The translations under genes and the position numbers were made by a program. Of a stretch of DNA of 51,821 nucleotides, positions 18,262-25,574 are shown in pieces (position 1 is the first letter of the stretch; every line of letters begins with the position of its first letter). The stretch lies in sequence record KC710998; one strand, written 5' to 3'. The DNA comes from Shigella phage pSf-1. Under the pieces are notes generated by a model. It had not been told where the DNA came from. It was given only the letters and a program-made list of their open reading frames with translations, and searched no databases.

Positions 18262-19155
18262 ATGTTAAAACTTGCTGACATTAAATTCCCGATCACTTTC
18301 GAATCTCGTGGCGTTGGTCATTACATTTTTACCGATGAGAAAACATGCCATAACGTTTGGTTGCACAGCGATAAGCCAAGCCCATCAACAATGGAGATTC
18401 AGCACTTCATTGATGCGCATAATCAGCACTACAACTCAATCCGTGACTACGGCTACGCAATGCCAGGCTACACATGCTTGCACTACAAGCCATATAAGGG
18501 CCAGGTGTTACCAGTGCGCTCACCGGAACGCGCAGAGATTCCGATGGTCAATATGAAAACCTGCGACTACAAAAAGCTGTGGTGCTTAAGTCTGGAAAAT
18601 ATCAAGTATCCGATCACGTTCCACACGACTGGTAAGTCAACGATTCGCTACACATCGCGCGACAATGGCGTTTATAGCGATGGTACGAAATCAGAGTTGA
18701 AAGTTGATTTCTTTGTCAATGGTCACAACAAATTCAATCCGCACAACGAAGAGGATAAAGTGTATTACGTGGAAGACATTACAAAACACTTGTTTGGAGA
18801 AACTCCATTCGGCGGCGGGAAGACGGCAATTCAGAAAATCATTGGCGAGGAGATCCATAAAGCGGCTGTCGAAATGAAAGCGCCTGGAGGCTGGCGTATT
18901 GACAAGAGCGCCTTTGCCTATCAAGAAATCGTAACGCAGGGCGCGATTGAAGATATGCCAGTTAAAGCCACGCTAAAAGGAGTCCGGCTTGATGACGGCA
19001 GTTGGTATGAATTAACGGCTACACCAAAGACGATCGAAATTCATGATGATGTTGTTATCCTTCTGCTTCACTACGGCGGCACTAAAAACCGGACTGTTGC
19101 AGGTGAGATCAGCATCAAGCGCGGAACGATGGTTAAGTGGAAGGTGAAGATTTGA
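18262..19155 (+). CDS. hypothetical protein with internal tandem duplication
   Basis: two similar segments (ADIKFPITFESRGVGHY... and ENIKYPITFHTTGKSTI...); AGGAGA RBS. Confidence 0.5.
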   Translation: MLKLADIKFPITFESRGVGHYIFTDEKTCHNVWLHSDKPSPSTMEIQHFIDAHNQHYNSIRDYGYAMPGYTCLHYKPYKGQVLPVRSPERAEIPMVNMKTCDYKKLWCLSLENIKYPITFHTTGKSTIRYTSRDNGVYSDGTKSELKVDFFVNGHNKFNPHNEEDKVYYVEDITKHLFGETPFGGGKTAIQKIIGEEIHKAAVEMKAPGGWRIDKSAFAYQEIVTQGAIEDMPVKATLKGVRLDDGSWYELTATPKTIEIHDDVVILLLHYGGTKNRTVAGEISIKRGTMVKWKVKI

Positions 19156-19231
19156 GTTTGTTCACTGCGGCGCACGTCGCCGCATGGATCGGATTGTTTG
19201 CCTACCTGTTTAGCTTTTATTGAGGTGAGAG

Positions 19232-19384
19232 ATGGCTACCTGGATTTTGCTGATTCTTATGATTGATGGCGGCGTTGACCATATCGAAATGAATAGCCAG
19301 CAATCTTGCATTGAGGCACGAGAGCAGATCAAGAACAACAACAGGTTTTATGCGTACACTCACACGCTATGTATTAAGAAATAG
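19232..19384 (+). CDS. small membrane protein (50 aa)
   Basis: MATWILLILMIDGG... hydrophobic N-terminus; GAGGTGAGAG RBS; stop TAG lies in next promoter motif. Confidence 0.35.
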   Translation: MATWILLILMIDGGVDHIEMNSQQSCIEAREQIKNNNRFYAYTHTLCIKK

Positions 19385-19423
19385 CACGAATTGTTAAAAC
19401 TCAAATGTGGGGCCAGGTATAAT
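19381..19423 (+). promoter_or_regulatory. conserved promoter cassette (variant ATAGCACGAATTGTTAAAAC + TATAAT)
   Basis: TATAAT lies in loop of GGCC...GGCC inverted repeat. Confidence 0.55.
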
Positions 19424-19453
19424 GGCCTCACTTTCAACGAAGGGGATAAAACG

Positions 19454-19684
19454 ATGTACGTTAACAAGAAGATGAAATGCGTTTCCGTTGGCTATGGTTT
19501 CACTGGCATGTTCAAGCCTGGCGAAATCTATATGGCGCAAAAGTTGAAATCATCAACCGGATCTTTTTACGTCAGCAACAGCAAAGGGCATCGCATGTTC
19601 CTGAACGGTGGTGAAGGCACTAAGGTTATGGCGCACGCTATGGTGATTGCTGAATTTGAGGAAGTGAAAGATGGAAACAAATAA
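19454..19684 (+). CDS. hypothetical protein
   Basis: ATG 19454 with AAGGGGA RBS; track ORF 19391..19684. Confidence 0.45.
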   Translation: MYVNKKMKCVSVGYGFTGMFKPGEIYMAQKLKSSTGSFYVSNSKGHRMFLNGGEGTKVMAHAMVIAEFEEVKDGNK

Positions 19685-19892
19685 GCGCGTTAAGCACAAG
19701 TTTATTGATAATCATGGCGATGCACTTGAGGTATATAAGTTCGGCGATCGCGTGTTTATTGATGGCACGTTTGAAGGTGGGCGCAGGCCGGATTTTAGAT
19801 CGATACTCACCATTGACCAGGTGCGCAAGCTGGCGGATAAGTTAAATGATCTGGCAGATGAAATCGAATACAAGCAAATTCATTTTAATTGA
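19671..19892 (+). CDS. hypothetical protein
   Basis: ORF track; GAGGAAG RBS. Confidence 0.45.
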   Translation: METNKRVKHKFIDNHGDALEVYKFGDRVFIDGTFEGGRRPDFRSILTIDQVRKLADKLNDLADEIEYKQIHFN

Positions 19893-19903
19893 TAGGTTTG
19901 ATA

Positions 19904-20443
19904 ATGAAAAAATACGAATTTGAACTTTGGGGCAGCAAATACCATTTTTCCACTAGCAAGCCGATTGTTATCGTTGACCTGGACGGAACGTTATCAGACG
20001 GAACGCATCGCTTGCACCTGCTTCCGACAGAAGATTTGCACCTTACAGAAAGCTGGGCTGAGTTCAATAAGGCGGCTGTTGGCGATTCGCCGATTAAGAG
20101 CACTGTTGCAGTGGTTAACGGTTTGTGGATGTCAGGATTTGCCATCGTTATCCTGACTGGACGCAGCGATGAAGTTGCGATGGATACATGTAAATGGATT
20201 GGCGAGAATGGCATCAAATACGACGCGTTAATCATGCGCCGCAAGGAAGACAACCGCAAAGATACGATCATCAAAGAAGAAGTATTGCGAGCTATCGGAC
20301 TGGAAAACATTGTGTGCGCCTTTGATGATTCGCCTAACGTGGTTAAGCACTTCCGCAGCCTGGGAATCACAACCTATCAGGTCACGGAATACGACAAGCC
20401 ACATAATCATATCCAATCGCATGGCGTGGAGGAATTGAAATGA
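19904..20443 (+). CDS. HAD-superfamily phosphatase (polynucleotide 3'-phosphatase-like)
   Basis: HAD motif I IVDLDGTL (DxDGT); size about 180 aa. Confidence 0.55.
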   Translation: MKKYEFELWGSKYHFSTSKPIVIVDLDGTLSDGTHRLHLLPTEDLHLTESWAEFNKAAVGDSPIKSTVAVVNGLWMSGFAIVILTGRSDEVAMDTCKWIGENGIKYDALIMRRKEDNRKDTIIKEEVLRAIGLENIVCAFDDSPNVVKHFRSLGITTYQVTEYDKPHNHIQSHGVEELK

Positions 20444-20601
20444 CCTGGTTACTTTTAATCTTTGTCACAAGTTACAACTCCGCCGCTATTGAATCGCAAG
20501 AGTTCCACGGCGAATCAAGGTGTCAGGAAGCACGAAAACAAGTTGTTCTCCACATGTCAGATAGTGGGAAAGATGTAACAGCGCTATGCGTTCGTAAGTA
20601 G
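20440..20601 (+). CDS. small protein with N-terminal hydrophobic segment (53 aa)
   Basis: ATGA overlap with phosphatase stop; stop TAG lies in next promoter motif. Confidence 0.3.
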   Translation: MTWLLLIFVTSYNSAAIESQEFHGESRCQEARKQVVLHMSDSGKDVTALCVRK

Positions 20602-20641
20602 CACTTTTTGCAAAAATAGATTGTCGGGCTTGCGGTATAGT
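20598..20641 (+). promoter_or_regulatory. conserved promoter cassette (variant GTAGCACTTTTTGCAAAAAT + TATAGT)
   Basis: TATAGT in loop of GGGCTT/AAGCCC inverted repeat; CCATCGACAACAAACGAGGA leader. Confidence 0.5.
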
Positions 20642-20672
20642 AAGCCCATCGACAACAAACGAGGATTAAATC

Positions 20673-20783
20673 ATGGCTAACAAGATCGAGTTTTTTAAAG
20701 CGGTAGACAAGATTGATGCGCGCCAAGTTTCTTTGCTATCCAGTCAATTGACGGTGAGGATATGGCATACAACGTTATCATAG
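20673..20783 (+). CDS. hypothetical small protein (36 aa; may be fused with next ORF if an indel is present)
   Basis: ATG with GAGGA RBS after cassette. Confidence 0.3.
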   Translation: MANKIEFFKAVDKIDARQVSLLSSQLTVRIWHTTLS

Positions 20784-20932
20784 AAAAGAATCGCAGCGTA
20801 AACGAGCTTATCATGCTTGTGGTTAAGTTCGGGAAATGTGGGTGGCTTGATTCTGGAGTAGAGCCGCGCCGCCGCGACATGCAAGATCCAGTTCTGCTTT
20901 ACACGCTTGTAATTGAAGGAGGCAGCAAATGA
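20762..20932 (+). CDS. hypothetical small protein (56 aa)
   Basis: ATG with GGTGAGG RBS; below track cutoff. Confidence 0.3.
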   Translation: MAYNVIIEKNRSVNELIMLVVKFGKCGWLDSGVEPRRRDMQDPVLLYTLVIEGGSK

Positions 20933-21114
20933 TTTGGTTACTTGTATTTTTAGTTGTTTTCCTTTATATTTCAGGCTTATTCATCTTCCGCGCGCTGGTG
21001 AAAACATGCGATTGCACGGATAAAGATCAGCCTCTTGTTCTGATGTTCTGGTTTGTGTGGTTTTGGGTGGCGCTTTACCAGATTGTACGGGATAAAAGCG
21101 GATTCAAGTGGTGA
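20929..21114 (+). CDS. small integral membrane protein (two predicted TM helices)
   Basis: MIWLLVFLVVFLYISGLFIF...WFVWFWVALYQIV; ATGA coupling. Confidence 0.45.
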   Translation: MIWLLVFLVVFLYISGLFIFRALVKTCDCTDKDQPLVLMFWFVWFWVALYQIVRDKSGFKW

Positions 21115-21308
21115 TTCTTACTATAGCGCATTCACGCAGTGCGCTATGTTGAGATAACAACATGAGATCATGAAGATGCGAAACTTCGAAAAAATCGTAT
21201 CCAAAAAGAAGCGATACAGCTACCACGAGCACCAAGAGATGAATCAACGCTATCGCAATAAGCGCCAGCGCAAAGGTAAACATTCCAGTAAACATGGAGA
21301 AAATCAAT

Positions 21309-21899
21309 ATGAAACGCGACATTATCATTCTTAACGGGCCGCCAGGAGTTGGCAAAGATACGCTTGCGGCATACTTAACGGGCCATCGTTACGCAGCGGT
21401 TAAAGCGTCATTTAAACAGCCTATGTTCGATATTGCATTCTCCATGCTTGGCGTTTACCGATATGACGAGTTCATTGATCTGTATAACGACCGCGAGCAG
21501 AAAGAAAAGCCTCAAGCAATCTTGCAAGGTAAGTCGCCGCGACAATTCATGATCTGGATTAGTGAAGAAGTCATGAAGCCAGCTTTTGGCAAGCAATATT
21601 TCGGAAATCGCATGGTTGAGCAAGTACACGAGATGTACAGAGATTTGGCTGTTGTAATTAGTGATGGCGGATTCCCTGAAGAAATCAAGCCGCTCGTTAA
21701 GGCAGGCCATGAGGTGCACATTTGCCGACTGCATCGCGAAGGCTTCACGTTTGATGGCGATTCACGAAACTATATTGACCTGAGCGGATACCATCACCGA
21801 GTCAATCATTACGACTTCACAATGATTGATGGCGAGCCAGAAAAGACTGTTGAAGAGATCATCAAAACGGTGCAGTGGAAACACACAAAGATTGAATAG
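21309..21899 (+). CDS. P-loop nucleotide/polynucleotide kinase
   Basis: Walker A GPPGVGKDT near N-terminus; start ATG 21309 with GGAG RBS (track ORF from 21294). Confidence 0.55.
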   Translation: MKRDIIILNGPPGVGKDTLAAYLTGHRYAAVKASFKQPMFDIAFSMLGVYRYDEFIDLYNDREQKEKPQAILQGKSPRQFMIWISEEVMKPAFGKQYFGNRMVEQVHEMYRDLAVVISDGGFPEEIKPLVKAGHEVHICRLHREGFTFDGDSRNYIDLSGYHHRVNHYDFTMIDGEPEKTVEEIIKTVQWKHTKIE

Positions 21900-21939
21900 C
21901 ACGAATTGCTAAAAGCGGGGCGCAATGCCTCGCTATAAT
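21896..21939 (+). promoter_or_regulatory. conserved promoter cassette (variant ATAGCACGAATTGCTAAAAG + TATAAT)
   Basis: TAG of kinase stop codon inside motif. Confidence 0.55.
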
Positions 21940-21969
21940 GCAAACACCAATCAACGAGAGGAAATCATC

Positions 21970-22371
21970 ATGGTAGAGTTAAACGACATTCGCGTTGGAA
22001 CAAGATTTCGCGTAACCTGGGCAGATGAAAATTGCGGCGTTAGTAAGGGGCAGGTTGTTACGGTGGATAGTATTTATCGCGGATACAGCAAAGACTTTCG
22101 CCGACCACGCATCAAGAATGGCTATATCATTACTCGACGTTTTGGCTTTGAGTGTTATTGCGTAGTGGCTACTCAAGGAGTTTTGATTGAGCTTCAGCGA
22201 ATCAGCGATCATCGCGGCTGTCATGTTAAGACAATGAAAGCACCATTTCAGCGAGCGCGATACGATGCGCGACGGATGCGCCGACTTGCTCGAAATGCGT
22301 TCAAGTTCAAAAAGCCTGGCAGTGATTTTTACGGCATGTACAAAAGGATTGCGCGAAATGCTGGGAAATAA
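21970..22371 (+). CDS. hypothetical protein (basic C-terminus)
   Basis: ATG 21970 with GAGAGG RBS; track ORF 21925..22371. Confidence 0.45.
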   Translation: MVELNDIRVGTRFRVTWADENCGVSKGQVVTVDSIYRGYSKDFRRPRIKNGYIITRRFGFECYCVVATQGVLIELQRISDHRGCHVKTMKAPFQRARYDARRMRRLARNAFKFKKPGSDFYGMYKRIARNAGK

Positions 22372-22470
22372 CAACAACGCAACCAATCCAAAGCCGCCAT
22401 TTGATTTTCATGAAATCATGATTGTGTTATTCTTGATTCTCTTAGTTGTTTATTCAGTGAGGGCCGCAAT

Positions 22471-22734
22471 ATGGTTTTTAATGCACTAAAACGAATCTTT
22501 AAACCTGAATACCGGATCGTTGCTTGCACAGAATGCAAGATTTATTATCTGCAACGCCGCCGCGTTATTAGTGGGGATTGGGAATATCTGACGGATGATG
22601 CTTTCGGATTTTGGGCTATGGAGTTCAATAGCTACAGCGAAGCGCGTGAGTACGCTAAAAAGTTGCACAAGTTCCGACCTTACAAACTGCGTTTGCTGGT
22701 TGTCAAAAAATGCGACGTGTGGGATCACGTATGA
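22471..22734 (+). CDS. hypothetical protein
   Basis: ORF track. Confidence 0.4.
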   Translation: MVFNALKRIFKPEYRIVACTECKIYYLQRRRVISGDWEYLTDDAFGFWAMEFNSYSEAREYAKKLHKFRPYKLRLLVVKKCDVWDHV

Positions 22735-22907
22735 AAAGAGTAATTATAACTTTTATTGCACTTATCGCTGGTTCTCACTTGGCTTATGGGTATAGCGGCA
22801 TTGTTGAGTCAATCGGCGGAATGATTATCTTCCTGGCTGGCGCATATTACGGCTATGGCGATGGATTTAAAAATGGCAAGCGTTACATCCTGACCGGGAA
22901 GAAATAA
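22731..22907 (+). CDS. small membrane protein (58 aa)
   Basis: MKRVIITFIALIAGSHLAYG...GMIIFLAGAYYGYG. Confidence 0.4.
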   Translation: MKRVIITFIALIAGSHLAYGYSGIVESIGGMIIFLAGAYYGYGDGFKNGKRYILTGKK

Positions 22908-22950
22908 TTTTTAACCGCGCCGCTTCGGTGGCGCTAAAAGGAGGAAACAA

Positions 22951-23238
22951 ATGGCTAAAAGCAATCGTAAAATGTTGATTAACGCATTCGAAAAGGCGGC
23001 GCTTGAGCGTGGTTGGAATGACTCATTTCACACGGCAAACTGTATCCGCCGTTACGGATTCAAGAATTGCCGCTCATGGGCGCGTGAAATGGCTTCATGG
23101 TATGATCTTGATGCGCATTACCTTGATATGGATTGCGCCCTGGTTGAAATGATTGAGCAGGCCGCATTAGAGGATCGACCATTAACGCAATCTGATTTTG
23201 ACGATTTTGTTCGCGATGAAATCTATTACATGAGCTAA
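22951..23238 (+). CDS. hypothetical protein
   Basis: AAGGAGGAAA RBS preceded by UUCG-loop hairpin. Confidence 0.45.
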   Translation: MAKSNRKMLINAFEKAALERGWNDSFHTANCIRRYGFKNCRSWAREMASWYDLDAHYLDMDCALVEMIEQAALEDRPLTQSDFDDFVRDEIYYMS

Positions 23239-23280
23239 TAGCACTTTTTGTTAAAACTTCCGCGAGGGCATTTGTTAAAG
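23238..23280 (+). promoter_or_regulatory. conserved promoter cassette (with TAAAGT -10-like)
   Basis: motif overlaps TAA stop/TAG; CATTGAAGCGAAACAGAGGA leader. Confidence 0.5.
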
Positions 23281-23313
23281 TGTCCTCATTGAAGCGAAAC
23301 AGAGGAAATCAAA

Positions 23314-23526
23314 ATGAAAATTCGAATCACCAGGGTTGACATTGACCGCAACGACGGAAGCATTACCCTTGAGCAATGCGGGTTCAAAGTTGGTGACATT
23401 GTAGAGGTTGACGGATTCTTTCGTGATGGTTCTTACTGCGTGTTAGCAATCCGCAACACGGAAGAAATTCGAATCGGTGATAACATCGGCGTAAACCATG
23501 ACGAATGCGAGGTAGTAGAGGAATGA
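23314..23526 (+). CDS. hypothetical protein
   Basis: ORF track; AGAGGAAA RBS. Confidence 0.45.
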   Translation: MKIRITRVDIDRNDGSITLEQCGFKVGDIVEVDGFFRDGSYCVLAIRNTEEIRIGDNIGVNHDECEVVEE

Positions 23527-23771
23527 TCACGATTAACCTTTCAGAAGAGCAAGCAAAGAAACTCCTGCATGCTGTAGGTTCTCGTGCACTTTGCGGATCA
23601 ACTGATGAAATGATGATTGATCATGAGGTTGCAAGAGAGCTTTTTACTCAGCTTGAGCAAAAATTCTCACCACGTCCGACCGACGCGGCAGAAACTGCAA
23701 AATGGCTTGCTGAGAATGGATACACGGCTTTAAAAGTTCACAACTGGAAGCGAAAAAACGAAGCGTTGTAG
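23523..23771 (+). CDS. hypothetical protein
   Basis: ATG 23523 with GAGGAATG; track ORF 23505..23771. Confidence 0.4.
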   Translation: MITINLSEEQAKKLLHAVGSRALCGSTDEMMIDHEVARELFTQLEQKFSPRPTDAAETAKWLAENGYTALKVHNWKRKNEAL

Positions 23772-23856
23772 AATGCTGGATTTTAATTAAAACTGAATGC
23801 CTAATACAGCGAACAGGACGCATTTTGACGAGGCATTTTTTATGTAAGGTGATTCA

Positions 23857-23985
23857 ATGGATAACTACATAAAACCGTCGCAGTGGTGCGCAAAGAAGCA
23901 AGAGGAAGCATTAGAGCGTGGCGACACTGAAACAGCAATGCACTATTTCGAAATGTACAACTTGTGGAAGGGTAGAGGTCTGTAA
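23857..23985 (+). CDS. hypothetical small protein (42 aa)
   Basis: AGGTGA RBS; MDNYIKPSQWCAKKQEEALERGDTETAMHYFEMYNLWKGRGL. Confidence 0.3.
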   Translation: MDNYIKPSQWCAKKQEEALERGDTETAMHYFEMYNLWKGRGL

Positions 23986-24215
23986 TGTTTGGAATGAGCG
24001 AGGCACAATTCAACGCTGCAAAACGCCAGGCTAAGAAGTGCGGCGAGGCAATGAAGGCTGATGTTGAAAAGCGCGGGAAGTATGTTGATGAAGTTATGAA
24101 GGGCATTATTGCCGAACATTATCAGCCAGTTGCGCCAATGCTGACAATTACCCAATTCATCTGGTTGTGTGGTTATCTTCGTGGTAGATGGGGAAGCGCA
24201 TTTGACCGCGAATGA
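23985..24215 (+). CDS. hypothetical protein
   Basis: ORF track; ATGTTTGG overlapping previous stop. Confidence 0.4.
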   Translation: MFGMSEAQFNAAKRQAKKCGEAMKADVEKRGKYVDEVMKGIIAEHYQPVAPMLTITQFIWLCGYLRGRWGSAFDRE

Positions 24216-24244
24216 TTGACAACGATTTCCTGATTGGTTAGCAT
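24216..24244 (+). promoter_or_regulatory. sigma70-type promoter (TTGACA-17 nt-TAGCAT)
   Basis: perfect -35 hexamer, 17-bp spacer, 4/6 match -10; followed by about 110 nt structured leader. Confidence 0.45.
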
Positions 24245-24361
24245 ATTCAGCGTTTACATAAGAGCGGCATTAGTGCCGAACGGGTGGCGCGGTTGCCACG
24301 AAACAACGGCGATATGCAGGTTTTTACCGTAAGACGTATTGCCTTTTTTATAGGTGTATAT

Positions 24362-24595
24362 ATGGAAAAGTACAAATTAACTTTCATGTTTAATAACATG
24401 GTGATGAATCCCTTAAATGGTTACGCTTGCAATAGCTTTTCTGTTACCGTGAATGCGGATGAAATTGAGGATGATGGTAAATTTATCCTAATAGGTGATT
24501 ACATTTATCCTATTCACAATATCAATTGCATCAAACGCGAGATCGTAAAAGATGAAATACAAGGTAAGGTTGACGATCAGGCGAATGGGGCGTAA
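24362..24595 (+). CDS. hypothetical protein
   Basis: ATG 24362 with AGGTG RBS; track ORF 24284..24595. Confidence 0.4.
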   Translation: MEKYKLTFMFNNMVMNPLNGYACNSFSVTVNADEIEDDGKFILIGDYIYPIHNINCIKREIVKDEIQGKVDDQANGA

Positions 24596-24737
24596 TTGCT
24601 CGTCATGTAGACAGAGTTTTGAATGTGAGGTTGAGGCGCGCGGAGAGCTTGAGGCGGCAGCAAGAGCAAAAGAGTTGTCCGGCGCTAATCAAGACACTCA
24701 CCAGTTTTCAATAGATCTTGTAAGGAAAATATCATGA
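24552..24737 (+). CDS. hypothetical Cys-containing protein
   Basis: ORF track; overlaps previous ORF, start uncertain. Confidence 0.3.
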   Translation: MKYKVRLTIRRMGRNCSSCRQSFECEVEARGELEAAARAKELSGANQDTHQFSIDLVRKIS

Positions 24738-24973
24738 GTTCTGTAATTATTGGTTTGGTTGCTTTAATCATTGGTGTTCTAATCGGCTTTGTCGCTGTAT
24801 CTTTCGTTGTGGCTGTTGGTGTTCGCTATAAGTCAAAAAAAGGTGAATTTGCTTTAGCGTTTTGGGATGAAGAGCAGAAAGTTTGGCAGGTTCGCGGTCA
24901 CTATTTATCAATCGGTGGCAGGATTCACAGCACTATGAAAACAAATCCAGAAAAAGTAAAATACAAGTATTGA
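24734..24973 (+). CDS. small membrane protein
   Basis: N-terminal TM helix VIIGLVALIIGVLIGFVAVSFVVAVGV; AAGGA RBS. Confidence 0.45.
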   Translation: MSSVIIGLVALIIGVLIGFVAVSFVVAVGVRYKSKKGEFALAFWDEEQKVWQVRGHYLSIGGRIHSTMKTNPEKVKYKY

Positions 24974-24980
24974 CCAACTA

Positions 24981-25002
24981 CCCGCCAAATGGCGGGTTTT
25001 TT
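24981..25002 (+). terminator. rho-independent terminator followed by TATAAT promoter-like element
   Basis: CCCGCC-aaat-GGCGGG + T6; TATAAT at about 25020. Confidence 0.55.
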
Positions 25003-25053
25003 ATTGCCTGCAATTTGTCTATAATGAGGCTTTGTTATAAAGGAGGGCGCATT

Positions 25054-25574
25054 ATGGCTAAAAACGTTGAGCCAGCAGTAAAGGCTTGCAATTTTAAAAA
25101 ACTATATAATAAGCAATATGGCGATATAGCAAAAATGACAAAGGCGCACAAGTACACGCCGGAACAGGTATTTGATCTGGCTGTTCGTTACTTTACGTGG
25201 GCTGAGGAAAACCATATACAGGCTGCGGAAACGGCATCCTTTCAGGGTGACGTATACGAAAGCAAGATTCACAAGCCGCGCGTGTTCACCTTAAACGGAT
25301 TCCGATTATTCGCTGGCCTTTCTGCCTCCGTACTTGAAAAATGGCGACGCGAGCAGGATTTAGCGATGTTATGGACTTTATCGACGGCGTTGTTTACGAG
25401 CAAAAATTCCAGCTTGCCGCAAACAATATTGTTAACGCCGGATTCATTGGTAAGGAGATCGGCATTGAAAAGCCAGCCACCGTTACCATTGAGAATAACA
25501 CAAGCGCCAGCGTTGACGCTGTAACGGCGGAGGAAGTCAAAGAGGCGGTAATTGACATTCTGGAGAAGATATAA
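25054..25574 (+). CDS. terminase small subunit (apparent frameshift near 25357)
   Basis: N-terminal part ...KPRVFTLNGFRLFAGLSASVLEKWRREQ in one frame, C-terminal part GFSDVMDFIDGVVYEQKFQLAANNIVNAGFIGKEIGIEKP in another (track ORFs 24883..25524 and 25341..25574); AAGGAGGG RBS. Confidence 0.55.

Noticed and set aside
21122-21144. Perfect inverted repeat TAGCGCA-n9-TGCGCTA as a terminator
   Set aside because: Not followed by a T-run; it may be an operator or RNA stem, but there is no supporting context, so it is noted only as a hairpin.
21170-21334. 54-aa highly basic ORF (MKMRNFEKIVSKKKRYSYHEHQEMNQRYRNKRQRKGKHSSKHG...)
   Set aside because: Overlaps the start of the kinase gene out of frame and lacks a clear RBS; could be real, but the evidence is insufficient.
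22917-22934. UUCG-tetraloop hairpin (CGCCGC-ttcg-GTGGCG) as a terminator
   Set aside because: Followed by AAAAGGAGG (the RBS of the next gene), not a U-run; more likely an mRNA-stabilising or processing stem-loop than a terminator.
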